Below are positions 52,209 to 64,000 of a stretch of DNA of 64,000 nucleotides, piece by piece (the first letter of the stretch is position 1; every line of letters starts with the position of its first letter). Origin of the DNA: Phoronis australis (taxonomy: Eukaryota > Animalia > Phoronida). Made by a program: the position numbers and the translations under genes. The DNA lies in NCBI GenBank assembly GCA_002633005.1, contig NMRA01000194.1, forward strand, positions 78,983-142,982, in the 5' to 3' direction. The notes under the pieces were generated by a model. That model was not told the DNA's origin, did no database searches, and saw only the letters and a program-made list of their open reading frames with translations.

Positions 52209-53129
52209 ATGAATGAGACCAGCGCAGCTTCCATTGAGGCAACAAGATACATTGGAATCGTCACCACTTTGGTAATTCCGCCAATAGGAATTGTCGGCAA
52301 TGCAATCGCGTTACTAGTGTTCGTCCGACGTAAACATAACAAGTCTATTGATGTTTTTCTGATTAGTTTAGCAGTTGTCGATATACTTACTGAAGGTTTT
52401 CATGTTTTACGTAACGTTGAGAAGAATGCATTTGTTCCGGCATTTTTGATGAAACACGATATTTTGTGTTCGATTTCACTGTGGCTGTCGAGAACAGCGA
52501 GCATATCATCAGCATGGATACTTGTGGGATTTTCGCTAGATCGACTGATGGCACTAAGATTTCCTTTCCTAGCGATGACGTATAGTAGTAGGAAGGTTGC
52601 CATCTGCTATGTTTTGACGGTGTGCGCCTGTTCTCTTGCTTTCAATGCGCATTCGTTCTGGACTCAAATTTCGTCGACGTCTCGTTGCACTGTTCCTCGG
52701 TTATTTTCGGAGCTGTTCGCTATCATGGAATGGATGCGCCTATTTCTTTATTCTGTCGTTCCGAGCGTAATTCTCATCGTTGTCAACTCGATCGTTATCT
52801 ACTATTTTAAATCTAACAGTTTGGTACATGTGGGCAAACACCAGCGCAGTAACAGCAACAAGAAGACCATTCCCCTTCTATTGGCCTCGTCAGGATTTTT
52901 CCTTCTGACGTCACTTCCGTTTGCCATCATCGGGGTATTGCTCCGATTTATTAAAGGTCCCACTATAAGAGCTCTGCATAGAGTTGTGGCCGTATTCCTG
53001 CCTTTGAACCACGCAGGAAACTTTTATGTTTACTGTTTGAGTGGAAAGAAGTTCCGAAAAGATTTGAAAATTGCGTGCCGATCACTGGTGTTTAAAAACA
53101 GTCAGTCTGAAAACGCCACTGGCTTATGA
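52209..53129 (+). CDS. Intronless class A GPCR, paralogue of 16127-17098
   Basis: First ATG is at 52209 (the ORF track starts at TTG 52197). 306 aa, NET sequon, same motifs (GIVGN, SLDRL, YSVVPS, NHAGNFYVYCLSGKKFR), collinear with the first receptor. Confidence 0.93.
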   Translation: MNETSAASIEATRYIGIVTTLVIPPIGIVGNAIALLVFVRRKHNKSIDVFLISLAVVDILTEGFHVLRNVEKNAFVPAFLMKHDILCSISLWLSRTASISSAWILVGFSLDRLMALRFPFLAMTYSSRKVAICYVLTVCACSLAFNAHSFWTQISSTSRCTVPRLFSELFAIMEWMRLFLYSVVPSVILIVVNSIVIYYFKSNSLVHVGKHQRSNSNKKTIPLLLASSGFFLLTSLPFAIIGVLLRFIKGPTIRALHRVVAVFLPLNHAGNFYVYCLSGKKFRKDLKIACRSLVFKNSQSENATGL

Positions 53130-53713
53130 AAAGCGCTCTTCTGACAATGACGAGTCAGCAACACTCTCAAATACTGTAGTGCACGAATATTGGAAAGTTC
53201 CTCCTTTGTATAAACTTGTAATCAATTTCAAACTTTTAGAACAGAAAGATATAGATTTTATGAAAATGCCACTCTTATCAATACTACTTTTTAGTCCAGG
53301 TCTAAGGTTGGCTTTCATGATGAGTCAAAGCTGCATCAAAGTAACAATTGATTATAGCAGTGCTATTTTCATCAGGAGGCGAAAGATTGCCTTAAATAGT
53401 TAGTCCTACCATCTGTTGAGCATGTGCCTGTGATTTCTCGTTTTCGTTATAATTGCTACCCGTACGCCTGCTAGAAACTGGGTATTTTTAAAAGTATACC
53501 TTGTAACTCCTTATGACCATGTTACTATAATAAATATTTTCTCTGCTCAGAGTGATAAATGAAACGAGATTACAAATATATAAGTGTGCTGTTATTAATC
53601 AGGACGTTGATATGGTCTAAGAAAGAGTTATTAGTCTTTTTACACGCTATATGTTGGTCACATCACGTGACATATCAAGTCTGAAAAGGTCTGCTCCGCC
53701 CTGGGTTCAAACC

Positions 53714-53868
53714 CAGGCGTGCGTTCAGTAGACGCTAGGACCTACGCTAGGACCTAGCTAAAACCTTGTCAAAGTCACGTGTTCTCATTCAAAATTCACG
53801 GCAACATCTCACGTAATCTCGCGAAGTCTTGCTTTTTAGCGAGGTCCTAGCGTTACTGAACGGGAGGC
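53714..53868. mobile_element. MITE; related sequence at about 39730-39950
   Basis: Inverted ends CGTTCAGTAGACGCTAGGACCT and AGGTCCTAGCGTTACTGAACG. The body matches 39860-39950, and the terminus matches 39806-39830 in inverted orientation. Confidence 0.6.
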
Positions 53869-55959
53869 AGGGCTTGCTCTACTTCCAGCTGTGCAGACGC
53901 TTTAGTACACTGAGTTATCGGGAGCCACAGGTCGATTAGAACAATCCAATTTACCAATAAATACTTCAGAAAATAGTAAATAATAAGAAATCTCCTAAAT
54001 TCCTGATAACGTGGATTGCTTATATGTAGTTCCATTTATGGATGCATGGTTCTTACAGGTATGCAGCCACTCGCTATTCAGCAGTTCGAACATTACGACA
54101 AAAATCGTTTGGCTTAACTGCTTCTTGGCTGTGGCAAAGTGCCTTCTGTGGTCAGTTTCTGGGCTTAAGGTGCACTAATGATAACGTAACCTCCCACTCT
54201 CGGAGACTTGATGCATTGTACAACAACGGATAAGTAACGTACATTCCATTATTAGCTCAAAATGTTGTTAGTTACGCTTAGTTAAGTGTACTTCAATAAG
54301 GAGCTTTTAAGCTGGCGATGGTTACAGAGCTTTTTTGTGTCATCGGTTTAAGGAGTGGCTGTTGACACTTGTTAATCGGCTAAATTCGGACTGTTGAAAT
54401 TTTAACAATTAGAAGTATTGTACTTTTTGCAGAGCTTGATGAATTTGTAAAGTTGTATGTTTTGTTGTGTTGTATTGCGTCGTATTGTGCTGAATCTGTA
54501 TGTGTTTTGGTGTTTCAATTGTTTGCTGTATCTTTAGTGAAATTCAGTGGATGGGATTTTAGGTTTTTAGCGTTTTGTTGTAAATTGTGTTTTAAGATGC
54601 TGTTAGTGAGGGGTGCGTCATGTTGTTACGTACTGATGCACAACATATCTTAGTGTTTTCTATTTTGATTGAAGTAAAAACAGTCCGAAATGGCTGATGC
54701 ACTGAAGTTTGCACATGTGCAGTTGTGAAACCCTTCCGAGGTATAATTTACGGCTACGAATGTACCCGAGGTGTACCAAGTGACTACGCAAATACCCGAA
54801 AGGATTCAAAAGATGGAAGAAAGCAAACGGCTTGTCCATTTGGACCGGAAATTCCCACACTGTGCTCCTGTTAGGCTTTAGCGTGTCTTATCGTACGCCC
54901 TAAGTATATGTGGAAGTAAATTGTTTGTAGGTCGTCCTTTGAGATTTGATTTCGTAAATATACTTTGTGAGTTTGTCCGTAGTTGTATTTCGAGTCATCC
55001 AGAACGCTGACTTATTTTCTGGGTTTTTCTGGGGGATTTCCATGTATGTATGTCTACTGCAGATTCTTCAACTTCGTCGCAATTTGATAATTGTCCGTTC
55101 TAAAAATCAATGAGTAATGAGTGGCGTGGCAAATGTTCGCCGGCAAATGTCCATTCACTAAACTCTGTTGACGTAACTTATCCAGAAGCAAAGACGTCAC
55201 CTAATTACGAGATGAAATCCAGAGGCAGAAATCGATCTACCTTCTCCGATAAAATAAGTACGCTAATAAGCCCGGAAACAAATCCGTGTCTAATTCATCA
55301 TTTTTGTGTGGGAAGTAATTCGTTGATATCAGCTTCCGGCCCATGTTATGCAAATCAATTTGTTAATGCTTTGTCGCCTTCCTTCTTGCAGATTGTAAAA
55401 GTATGACATTGAGGAATAAACAAATTAGGTGTCATGTTGAAACTCACCTTGCCATGATATTATCGGTTTCAAGATTCAATTGAAATTGATAGATAATCTG
55501 CCATTAGATTGAAGTGGTCAAATATGGACTTGCGCTGGCAAAAAGGGAAATATAAATGTTCTTCCTGGCAACGTCTGTCGAGGTAAAGAACATTCGAGAC
55601 CGACTCTCTAAGGTTATCTCAAACTTTTTAGTGGCTTCCATTCCAACTCACATATCAAAAAACTAAGCTTTGTCAATTAGTAAAAGTGTATATTTTCTGA
55701 AAGAAAAAAAGATCAGGGAATATCAAAATATATTTTGTATTTATGTACCATTATTTTTATTACGTTAACACCTTTTTAAGTCAAAATTTCATTTTTAAGA
55801 AAGGTACATTCATAGCAAAAATGAAACCTTTTAAATGAAAACTTTATCATTAATTTTCGATTAGTTTTTTCGTTTGTTTTCTATGACAAATCAACTCGTA
55901 AAACGTAAACTGTTTTTGTAAAAAAATAAAAGTTGTATTCGTCTTTGTCACATTACACA

Positions 55960-56485
55960 AAAACTAGGCCTTCATATCAAAACCCTAAACGTGTTTTTGC
56001 GATTGATGAATAATTATGAAGTTAAAAAACTTTCAGCGAAATCCACCAAGCCGTTTTCGAGAACTCGTGTTCCTTCCTAAGTTCAAATAAAGTCGATTTG
56101 CCAAAGCCAAGAAAAAGCTGATTAAACTGGGACAAGTAAAAATCTCGAAGTCTTCGATTAATTATTGGGTGAAACTTGTATTCGTTTAATGTAACCCATA
56201 CATGCCTAAAACCATGTTAGCTATTTCAGCATTCACTCACAATGTCAACTGAATTCGCAGTTCGTAGTTAACTTAATTATCATTAAAACGTATTGTCCTC
56301 AGCCAAGAGGTGGGATCAACTGCTGCTGTTGTTTGACCTACTTAAAACTAGGTCACAGTTCATTATTATGCACATAGTCGTACAAGTCACGTGCCGGGAG
56401 ACTGATACGGAAACAAATGAGTTACAAAAATCGAGTAGGTGGTTAAAGCATTTCGTCAGCATGAGATCGAAACAGCAAAATGTCA
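55960..56485. repeat. Inverted copy of the repeat at 85-600
   Basis: Reverse-complement similarity to 85-600 over several blocks. Confidence 0.7.
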
Positions 56486-58469
56486 ATTTATATATTGAAT
56501 TTGTGAGGATTTATCTCTTTTTAAAACTTTCTGTATTCATGACCACAGAGACGTGAGGCGACTCGTAGCATTCGACGGTTCTCAACGGTCGTATGAACGT
56601 AGACGCAAAACTACCTCAGGATCAAAACTACGTTTTGTCTTTGTCACCCGGCACCATTCTATCATAAATACACTTCGTTGACTCAATATTATGGCGACTA
56701 GGTGAATGAAAGGAATGAGGGTACGTACGAAGCTGTTCTTCACCTGGGGGGAGATTCGATTTGAGTAGCAGAGCTGTAACCTTTGACCTCGGATAAGTTG
56801 TAAAACGTATCCACGCGGTTGTGCGGTTCCAAGCTGGTTCTGCTAAATCTTTTTTTCTCACTACACAGTATATATTTTGTATTTGAAGTTCTCCGAGAAT
56901 GAAGATAAGGTATTTTGCTGGATACGTGTGAAATATTGTAAAAATGGCCAATTTTTAATAAAGTTTGAGATAACCTTACGTGGTAACTGACTTGGTTTGG
57001 ATTTTTGAACAGCTGTACAGAAGGCGAAACAGCCTTTAACCTCGCGATAGATAGGGCCAGAGATATGTCAAATGGAGGGTAGAAAATATGATTGGGGATA
57101 ATTTTGGGTACAATGGGTGAGTCTAAGACAACCGGTTAACGGTAAATGAGGTACACATAAACACAATTAAAATGAAATAAATGTTCTTTCAAGAATTTTA
57201 AAATAAATTCAATAATATAGAAATCGACATGATTGACATTAAACGTGTCGATTATGTGAATACAGGTGAAACATCGAGTGACGAAATAAAAGATTAGCTA
57301 AACCAAACTGTGCGTTGTCGTTTAACTGGGTCTGTGTTCACTCTGTACTAACTCGAAGATGCTTTAGAGTTTGTGACGCGAAACGTCATGTTTCACCGTG
57401 AATTTCTTGGATAGTTATCTTTCATTTCACTCAAAAACAAATCTCCCTTGACCAAATTCAAATTAAAGTCGAAGAAAGTTTTTGTTTTCTAGGCTTATTA
57501 ATCCTGAGTTAATCATTAAGTTGGAAATGAGGCATTATTAACAAATGACGTATGGGAGATTGTTACAGTTTTCGTATGGGAGACCGTTACAGTTTTATTA
57601 AAATTGTACAGTAGAAGCTATGCATGTCAACCATTGAGTGGCGAAGCTCACAATAAGCCAAACTTCCCGAAATGATTTCTGACACATCATCAAAATATTT
57701 AAGTTGTTTCCGAAATTATCTTCAAGTAAAAATGTATTTTTACACAGCAATTATGGATAGGAATCCCAGTCGGTTGTTAATACGCAGGTCCTTTACTTCG
57801 GAGGTTCATTACTCCGACCAATTCGGAGTAAAGATGCAATAAACATCGTTTTGCGTTCTTACACCCATACGCCATTTTATTTCGTTTGAATAAGGCTCTT
57901 CGCAGCCTATAACACTGCACTTTGATTTGTAGGTCGACAACAAGGGCCTACATTTAAGTAGAATTGACAATCAGTACGCGTATTAAACTACGCCAAGCAT
58001 CAAATGGCTAAATCAATAAAAGTCATTTTGGTACTTCGGGCCGAGGTTGATGGGTTAGCAAAGACGAGAAATTATTTGAGAAAAAAAGTTTCCCGTATAC
58101 ACAGGTCAAAGACCTCCGCTCGGGCGGGTCAAGGACGGTACGGATATTGCCAGTTTGTCGCGTAAAGTCACGATGTCGATAACGCCGTCCATCCGTAATT
58201 CATCGGTAATTTCCGTACCGTCCTTGACCTCGAGCAGTCCAAGATGGAAGTGTGTTTTGGGCTTTTTGCGAACATTTTTGTTCTTGACTGCGAATTTCTT
58301 GCGAAGTCGCCGGAACAGGACACCATGAATGGTATTGGAAGAATGAACAATTGCCAATGGTTTGTTGAAACCTTGTTTTGTGTAAATTTATTGAGTTTTA
58401 TGTTAGCTATGGAGGGCTTAAGTGAAGCATCCGTGGAATTTCTAGTCGGGAGTGTCATACCCTTGTAGT

Positions 58470-58740
58470 ACTATATGTAGTGTATTGGGGACGATCAGAA
58501 GCTGAGGACGCCTGTGGTGAATACAGGCCCAGTTAGACATCGAGTGAAGAGGACAGTTCGCCAAACTATGATAAGGTATTGTGGACTTGTCTAAAGTACT
58601 GGAGCTATTTAGAAGGTGCCAGGTGTGTGGCAAGGGCGTCACACCACGGGATGTATGCAGTTTGTGTGCACAGGTCACCATTCAGTGGGAGTGTGTCGCG
58701 GGACACTTGGGCAAGTGGGACAGCTGTTCCTCTGTCCGTG
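58470..58740 (+). pseudogene. Kolobok transposase fragment of the same family as 2175-3859
   Basis: Close match to ~2950-3209 (GTGGACTTGTCTAAAGT...GAGCTATTTAGAAGGTGCCAGGTGTGTGG...TGTTCCTCTGTCCGTG). Confidence 0.8.
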
Positions 58741-59664
58741 AGACGATGGTAGCCCGGGCAAGAACACAACAGACTTCGCGAGATATCCGAATGAATTCCA
58801 CACTAGCTAGGTATTACTGCGAATGTCTTAGGTCTGCAGAACTCAGCCCCGGATACTACGCGGTAATATGAAGGAAATGCTCATCTTCCAGGACGAACCC
58901 AAATATCTTGAACGAAATCTTGCTGTTTCATTGTTCCAAAAAGTCCGCAGATTTTTTATATACAGAAAGAATTCGAGAAGTAGTAGCAGTGTCTTGAAAC
59001 ATAGGTGTGACTAGTTTTATCATGTCTACCGCTATGAGGTAAAGTTGACCAAACCAGCCGTGGAATATCGCTATTCATTCAGGACGTTAGATGTTACTAT
59101 TCTGACAAATCAGATGGTAGAAACGAGTAGATTACAACAGCACATCAAAGCAAGCATGCAAACCTAACTAACTAATAACAGACAAAAATCAGAGGAAAGA
59201 GGTGTCTGTGCATGGTGGTCGCACAACATAATAAATATAGACCGCTTACTTGGACGTATCAGGTCACATGACCTGACATCGCCCTCGGGATCGATGCCAA
59301 CCACATTTCTAAACAGTTTGAGAAAGCGTGATGTACATATTTTTCCAAAGCAATTTTTGCCAGATATTTTAATTCAAGATGATAAATTTTAGACAATGCA
59401 AAGATTCGTTTCCCAGGAGTACCTCTCTGCTAAGAGATAATGGAATCAAGTGTCACTTTTCTGGGTTTTTTTTGAAGTAGTCTATCTTTTGATGTTATGG
59501 GGCTCGTAACGAAGAGAATCTTTGAACATAACAATAATTGCCTCAAATTTCCTGTTCTTGAAAATTAAATCCCCATTCACTAATGGACCGCTAACGTTGT
59601 CTCATTTGAAATGAGCTTTTTTCAAATAAATGAGCCTGGAAAAGACAATACGTACAAGTACACG

Positions 59665-59665
59665 T

Positions 59666-59702
<37 letters not shown>
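59665..59702. repeat. (TACA)n(TA)n microsatellite
   Basis: Directly visible. Confidence 0.9.
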
Positions 59703-60019
59703 AGATAGACAAATCAATGCATTTGGGAGTGTGGTATTGTCTTTTCCAGGCTGTGTAAGCTACATTTCATAGTAATGCAATATAGAAGAAAACATTTCGT
59801 TGAATAAAGATATGAAAAATGTTCACATTTCATTGAGTGGCTGTGATAGTAGATTCTTGATATGTCATTCGCAAGATGAACCATGATCAACTGGAAATCC
59901 AATGGCTGAATGAATCATCATCTGGTGAATTTTACAACACTATTTCATGCACTTGGTGTAGTGTAAGGGTGATTATTTTTTTATTCAAAGATTTAATTGG
60001 GTTGTGCACTGATACGCCA

Positions 60020-60190
60020 TAGAATGTAACAATTTCGTAAAATGTAACAACTGTTACGTTTTACGCCATTGTTACATTTTACGTTGCTATGCCTCTCCTA
60101 AAATGTAACAAGTTGTTATATTTCATCTAGTTGTTACAATTTACGTCGAATGCACATGCGAGAAATATACCATTGTTACATTTTACGAAA
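60020..60190. repeat. Cluster of inverted AAAATGTAACAA / TTGTTACATTTT motifs
   Basis: The motif recurs several times in both orientations; probably TE subterminal repeats. Confidence 0.6.
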
Positions 60191-60280
60191 GTGACGTCAT
60201 ATTTCATGAGTTAGCATGGTATTTGTCACACGGAGGTAAACTGTTCACACATTTAACGCCTTCTTTCCTAAGTTTTTGGC

Positions 60281-60660
60281 GAAAACTTAAGTATTTTGGA
60301 ACAAGTTTTTGGAACGAACTTAAGTTTTCATAACTTAAGTTTTCAAAAACTTATGTTTTTCAAAAACTTAAGTTTTAAAAACTTAAGTTTCTGATAACAT
60401 AAGTTTTTCAAAAACTTAAGTTCTGAAAACTTAAAGTTTTTCTAATACTTAGGTTCTAAAAACTTAAGTTTTTGAAAAACTTAAGTTTCAGAAACTTAAG
60501 TTTTTGAAAAACTTAAGTTTCAGAAACTTAAGTTTTTGAAAAACTTAAGTTTTGGAACAAGTTTTTAGTAACAAACATCAAAACTTAAGTTTTTGAAAAC
60601 TGAGTTTTCCGAACATAAGTTTTCAAGGAACTAACTTTTGAAAACTGAAGTTTTCTAAAA
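60281..60660. repeat. Tandem array of the palindrome AAAACTTAAGTTTT (15-16-bp period)
   Basis: Directly visible, roughly 20 variably degenerate copies. Confidence 0.9.
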
Positions 60661-61534
60661 GCAATGAGTTTCAATAGGACAGGCAATCAAAAATTTCGAT
60701 TTTCACTAAAACAAGAGTGGAGTACAGTAACAAATTTAATAATTCTCATAGATTTAACAAACTAGAGTTCTATTAACATTCCATTAAAAGTGATTAATTG
60801 CAGAAAATAAAATGCACTTCCTAAAATACAGTAGTTCCTTAAAATAAGTGAACATAAGTGAAATATCAAAATCTTAAAAACCAGAAACATTTCAAAAATC
60901 AGTTCATCAAGTGTCATGCATACAATGCAGTGAAAAGTAAATGAGGGTAATAATATATTCATATTTGCATCGTTCTCAGTCTACAATAACTGAGGGAGCA
61001 AAATGGAATGTACAAACAGAGAAATCACTACCAAATCTTGAAACACAACCAAAGAAAATGTGATTACATAGCCAGGAAGGACTACAACAAAAGTCTACGT
61101 TTCAACAGCACTGACTTTTTCAACTAAAATTACAGCAATGACACCAAGAATAACAAATCACTTAATATGCAAAATCGAAGAATATCCGCAGAGACAAAAG
61201 CATAACTTAAAACGTAACAGGTAACTAAAAGTTTATCGACAATGGTCACAGATCTGATTTTGGGAAGTACAATCCTTATGCTAGAAATAGTGCCTAGAAT
61301 CAACTATCATTGTTTTCAACCTTAAAAATATCAATTTAAAAGTCAAAGTTTCGTCTTCTTGACCATCATAATAACAGTAAATCCAATACACTCCATGGGG
61401 CGAACAAGTTTCCCTAAAAGTAACCCTAAGTACAACCTGGTTATACGAGATGGAAATTAGAAAACTTAGACCTTTGACCACAAAAATATTCTTTTTCCTT
61501 TAATTTAAAGCTACTGAACTTCATACACATATCT

Positions 61535-61888
61535 ATAGGGCCTTTCATACGAACATCGACGCGTCAAAGTTTTTGGGTGTTAATGTCAGTATGAACACTT
61601 AAACTTTGGTCATGGAAGGAAGTTAACAACGCCAGTTAACTTCGCACTAAACAGGTGGATTTAAATGCATAGCGTCAACACTGCCACGCAGTACAAACAT
61701 TCAACTTCGGTCCCATCGAAGTTGTTGCCAGGGGCCACTGTTATCATTAATAATTGCATAGTAGTGTGATGGCTAATAGTTGCTTATACCTTGCTCTAAT
61801 AATCACCAATCAATTTAAAAATAAGTTTTATGTCAATTAACACGTGTAAATGTTCCCAAAGAGTTAAGTCAATGTGAAAGGGCCCTAT
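61535..61888. mobile_element. MITE-like element
   Basis: Inverted ends ATAGGGCCTTTCA and TGAAAGGGCCCTAT. Confidence 0.5.
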
Positions 61889-63013
61889 GCTAGACCACAA
61901 GCCACTTAATCTTCTTTAGCTGGATTTGCTCGCTTAGCTTCACAGGCAAATAATCCATGTTTTGTGACTACAAACGCGCGCTTCTGATCTCAGGTTACTG
62001 AATTCATAGGTTCATGAGCTGCAGTTCATAAGTGAGTACGTTGTGTTGTCTGGGTAGCCGTCCTTATCCAACGATTGTTGAAGGCACACTCTGCAATAAA
62101 GACAACAAATTTTAATAACAGATGAGTAAAAGCTATCAGTATTAGACAACTTAACTTGCTGGATATTTATCGGGCTGTTTATACAACACTGATTTGTAAA
62201 ACTTCCTGACATATATACAGAGCCTAGAAAATAGTCTTCAAACTCAAAATTTAACCAATCACTCTCCAGGATTCAAGTGCGAGACAAGTCTGCAAGTTTA
62301 TTCCAAGCATGCACTGCAGTGGGTCAGTTTTCCACATACTGTTTTGAATGAAGTTTTAATCCTGGATTCGCGACATTCAAAACAAATTTATTCTAAACAA
62401 CTTGAATACAAAACATGCACATGGCAACCTTCCATGCTATCACAATCTAGAAAAAACCGTGCAAATGACAAAACTTAATGTGTTAATAAAAGTTGGACTT
62501 CAGGCTAACCAGGTATCGTGTTCTGTAACTTTTTAGTTCAAGTTCTATGACAAATTAATTAATATTTTTATCAAATAATGAAACTGTTGGCAACTGCAAT
62601 AAACTACAATTCCCATTATTTTTATGAACTATTCATTGTTTTATTGGTTAATCTGATAAGATAATGCACAACTCTACATAATGAGCAGAGCTAGTTGTAT
62701 TCTAACTAGCTGTCTCCAGCCAGCATAGAACTGAAATGTCTTCTTACTAATGTTTCATGGACATTTAGCAGGCACAACCAGGGTTAGAGCTGAAAGTTTA
62801 ATCTCACAAGTATACTTCCGCATGTACTTTTTGAAACTTATAGCAAAACCAAGAAGCTTTACGTTGATTTGACCAAATGGCTACAAGAATCAGTGAGCTT
62901 GTTAAAGATTATAAGCCCATTGGCTAAACCAAGGAATATTTCATATTGTTTCAAATACAAACCTTGATAGCAGCACTATTTTTAACTCAACAATGAAACA
63001 TATGAAGCTATAC

Positions 63014-63118
63014 CTGCCATGTGGATGTAAACAGCCTAATACCACCCCTGGGTGATTGTTTCGATGCAAATGTTTGGATGTCTAGTTCTTCCATGTACTC
63101 CGCCAAGTTAATAGAGAC
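63014..63118 (-). CDS. Candidate internal exon of an unidentified host gene
   Basis: ttgttttcag acceptor, 105-nt open phase-0 exon (VSINLAEYMEELDIQTFASKQSPRGGIRLFTSTWQ), CAG|gtata donor. Further acceptor-like sites lie at 62881 and ~62093. No family recognised. Confidence 0.3.
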
Positions 63119-63225
63119 CTGAAAACAATGAGATATTAGCAAACATAACAGTATGTGATAGCTTCTTAAGAATCCAGACATAACCCATTTACAGGGATTG
63201 TTATCCATGTAAAGATCAGGGGCTG

Positions 63226-63386
63226 ACGGGCGGATCCAGGATTTTGAGTTGGGGGGTTAGAGGGCAGAGTATTAGGTAGGGTTTTGCCCATCAGACCCCC
63301 TGCCCCTCCCCAACTGCCAAATGATCGTGTAGCACTTTAGGGGGCCGGGGCCATGGCCCCTTAGCTGTCATCTGAATCCACCATTG
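63226..63386. mobile_element. hAT-like MITE
   Basis: GC-rich ends GGGCGGATCCAGG...GGGG and ...GGCCCC...TGAATCCACCATTG resemble the CAGTGGCGGAT family termini. Confidence 0.45.
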
Positions 63387-63723
63387 AAGATACTGGCATG
63401 GTCTTCACAAGAGGTCTTACGTAACCATAATAGTTTACAGTAAAAATAAAATTATTATCTCATGTACTACAGTAAACATAAAAATACTATATCCTGTACT
63501 CCAACCAATCACTTTACTGGCTGACATTTGCAAAGATATTAAATTGAGGTTCCAAGCAAATTTCTTGATGGAAAAGAATATGCCCCAACAAACATGGGGA
63601 GATCATTCTAGTCAGTCCATATTCAACTCAACTCAACTCCTAGGTAAAGTTGTACCCAGATTAACTATCACTTTCACCATGACATATAAATATTTGATTC
63701 ACGAAAACAACAACGGATTTAAA

Positions 63724-63769
63724 ACTTGACATGTTTCGGTGTCATTTATTAAACACCATCCTCAGAAGT
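63724..63769 (-). ncRNA. Minimal type I hammerhead ribozyme (Penelope-associated)
   Basis: Minus strand ACTT-CTGAGGA-TGGTGT(ttaataaatg)ACACC-GAAA-CATGTC-AAGT: CUGAnGA and GAAA cores, stem I ACTT/AAGT, stem II GGTGT/ACACC, palindromic ACATGT stem III and a GUC cleavage triplet. Confidence 0.8.
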
Positions 63770-63850
63770 CATAATACAGTGGCCACCTAGCTAGGCCCAG
63801 CAACAAGTAATGAAGCACAGATACAGTCAGTTACAGGGAGTGACAATGAA

Positions 63851-64000
63851 CTATACCAACAATGACAACCTGTGGTGTGTCAGTTGCCTATTGAGATTGG
63901 GCTTGCACCAACTGATATGTAAAGCCTCACGAATTTTAAGCTCCTTTGTTGTTACTGCCTGGTCTATTATTGCAAAGTCATTGAAAGAGCACTGCTGATA
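63851..64000 (-). mobile_element. Penelope-like retroelement, C-terminus of GIY-YIG endonuclease (continues beyond the window)
   Basis: Open frame not in the ORF track: YQQCSFNDFAIIDQAVTTKELKIREALHISWCKPNLNRQLTHHRLSLLV*, matching the Penelope F.I+D...L.I+EAL.I...KP.LN.Q motif. A hammerhead lies about 80 nt downstream. Confidence 0.85.

Noticed and set aside
57350-57390. Second hammerhead-like motif (CTCGAAGA...GCGAAACGTC)
   Set aside because: The core is not CUGAnGA and the stems are weak; at most a decayed remnant. The same applies to ~61095-61125.

Overview
AT-rich animal (probably invertebrate) genomic DNA dominated by nested, mostly decayed transposable elements, with two assembly gaps (23957-24218, 33965-33981). 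The only clearly intact host genes are two paralogous intronless class A GPCRs (16127-17098 and 52209-53129). Three large TIR elements have TAG-type termini and look like Academ. Two are AcademX-type (27705-33689 and 43167-51068, both with TAA target-site duplications), and each carries a truncated non-LTR retroelement with its own TSD. The third is a 9.4-kb foldback (1054-10429, AATT TSD, about 1.9-kb modular arms) whose core may be a decayed AcademH-like transposase. The first AcademX splits motif B of a Polinton-type protein-primed DNA polymerase B. Also present are two internally deleted TTAA-flanked Kolobok elements (THAP plus KolX), two hAT remnants, a CR1-group LINE, tRNA-derived SINE-like pieces, MITEs, a palindromic CTTAAG array, and at the right edge a Penelope GIY-YIG tail followed by a minimal hammerhead ribozyme. 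All family calls come from motifs read by eye; no database search was run.
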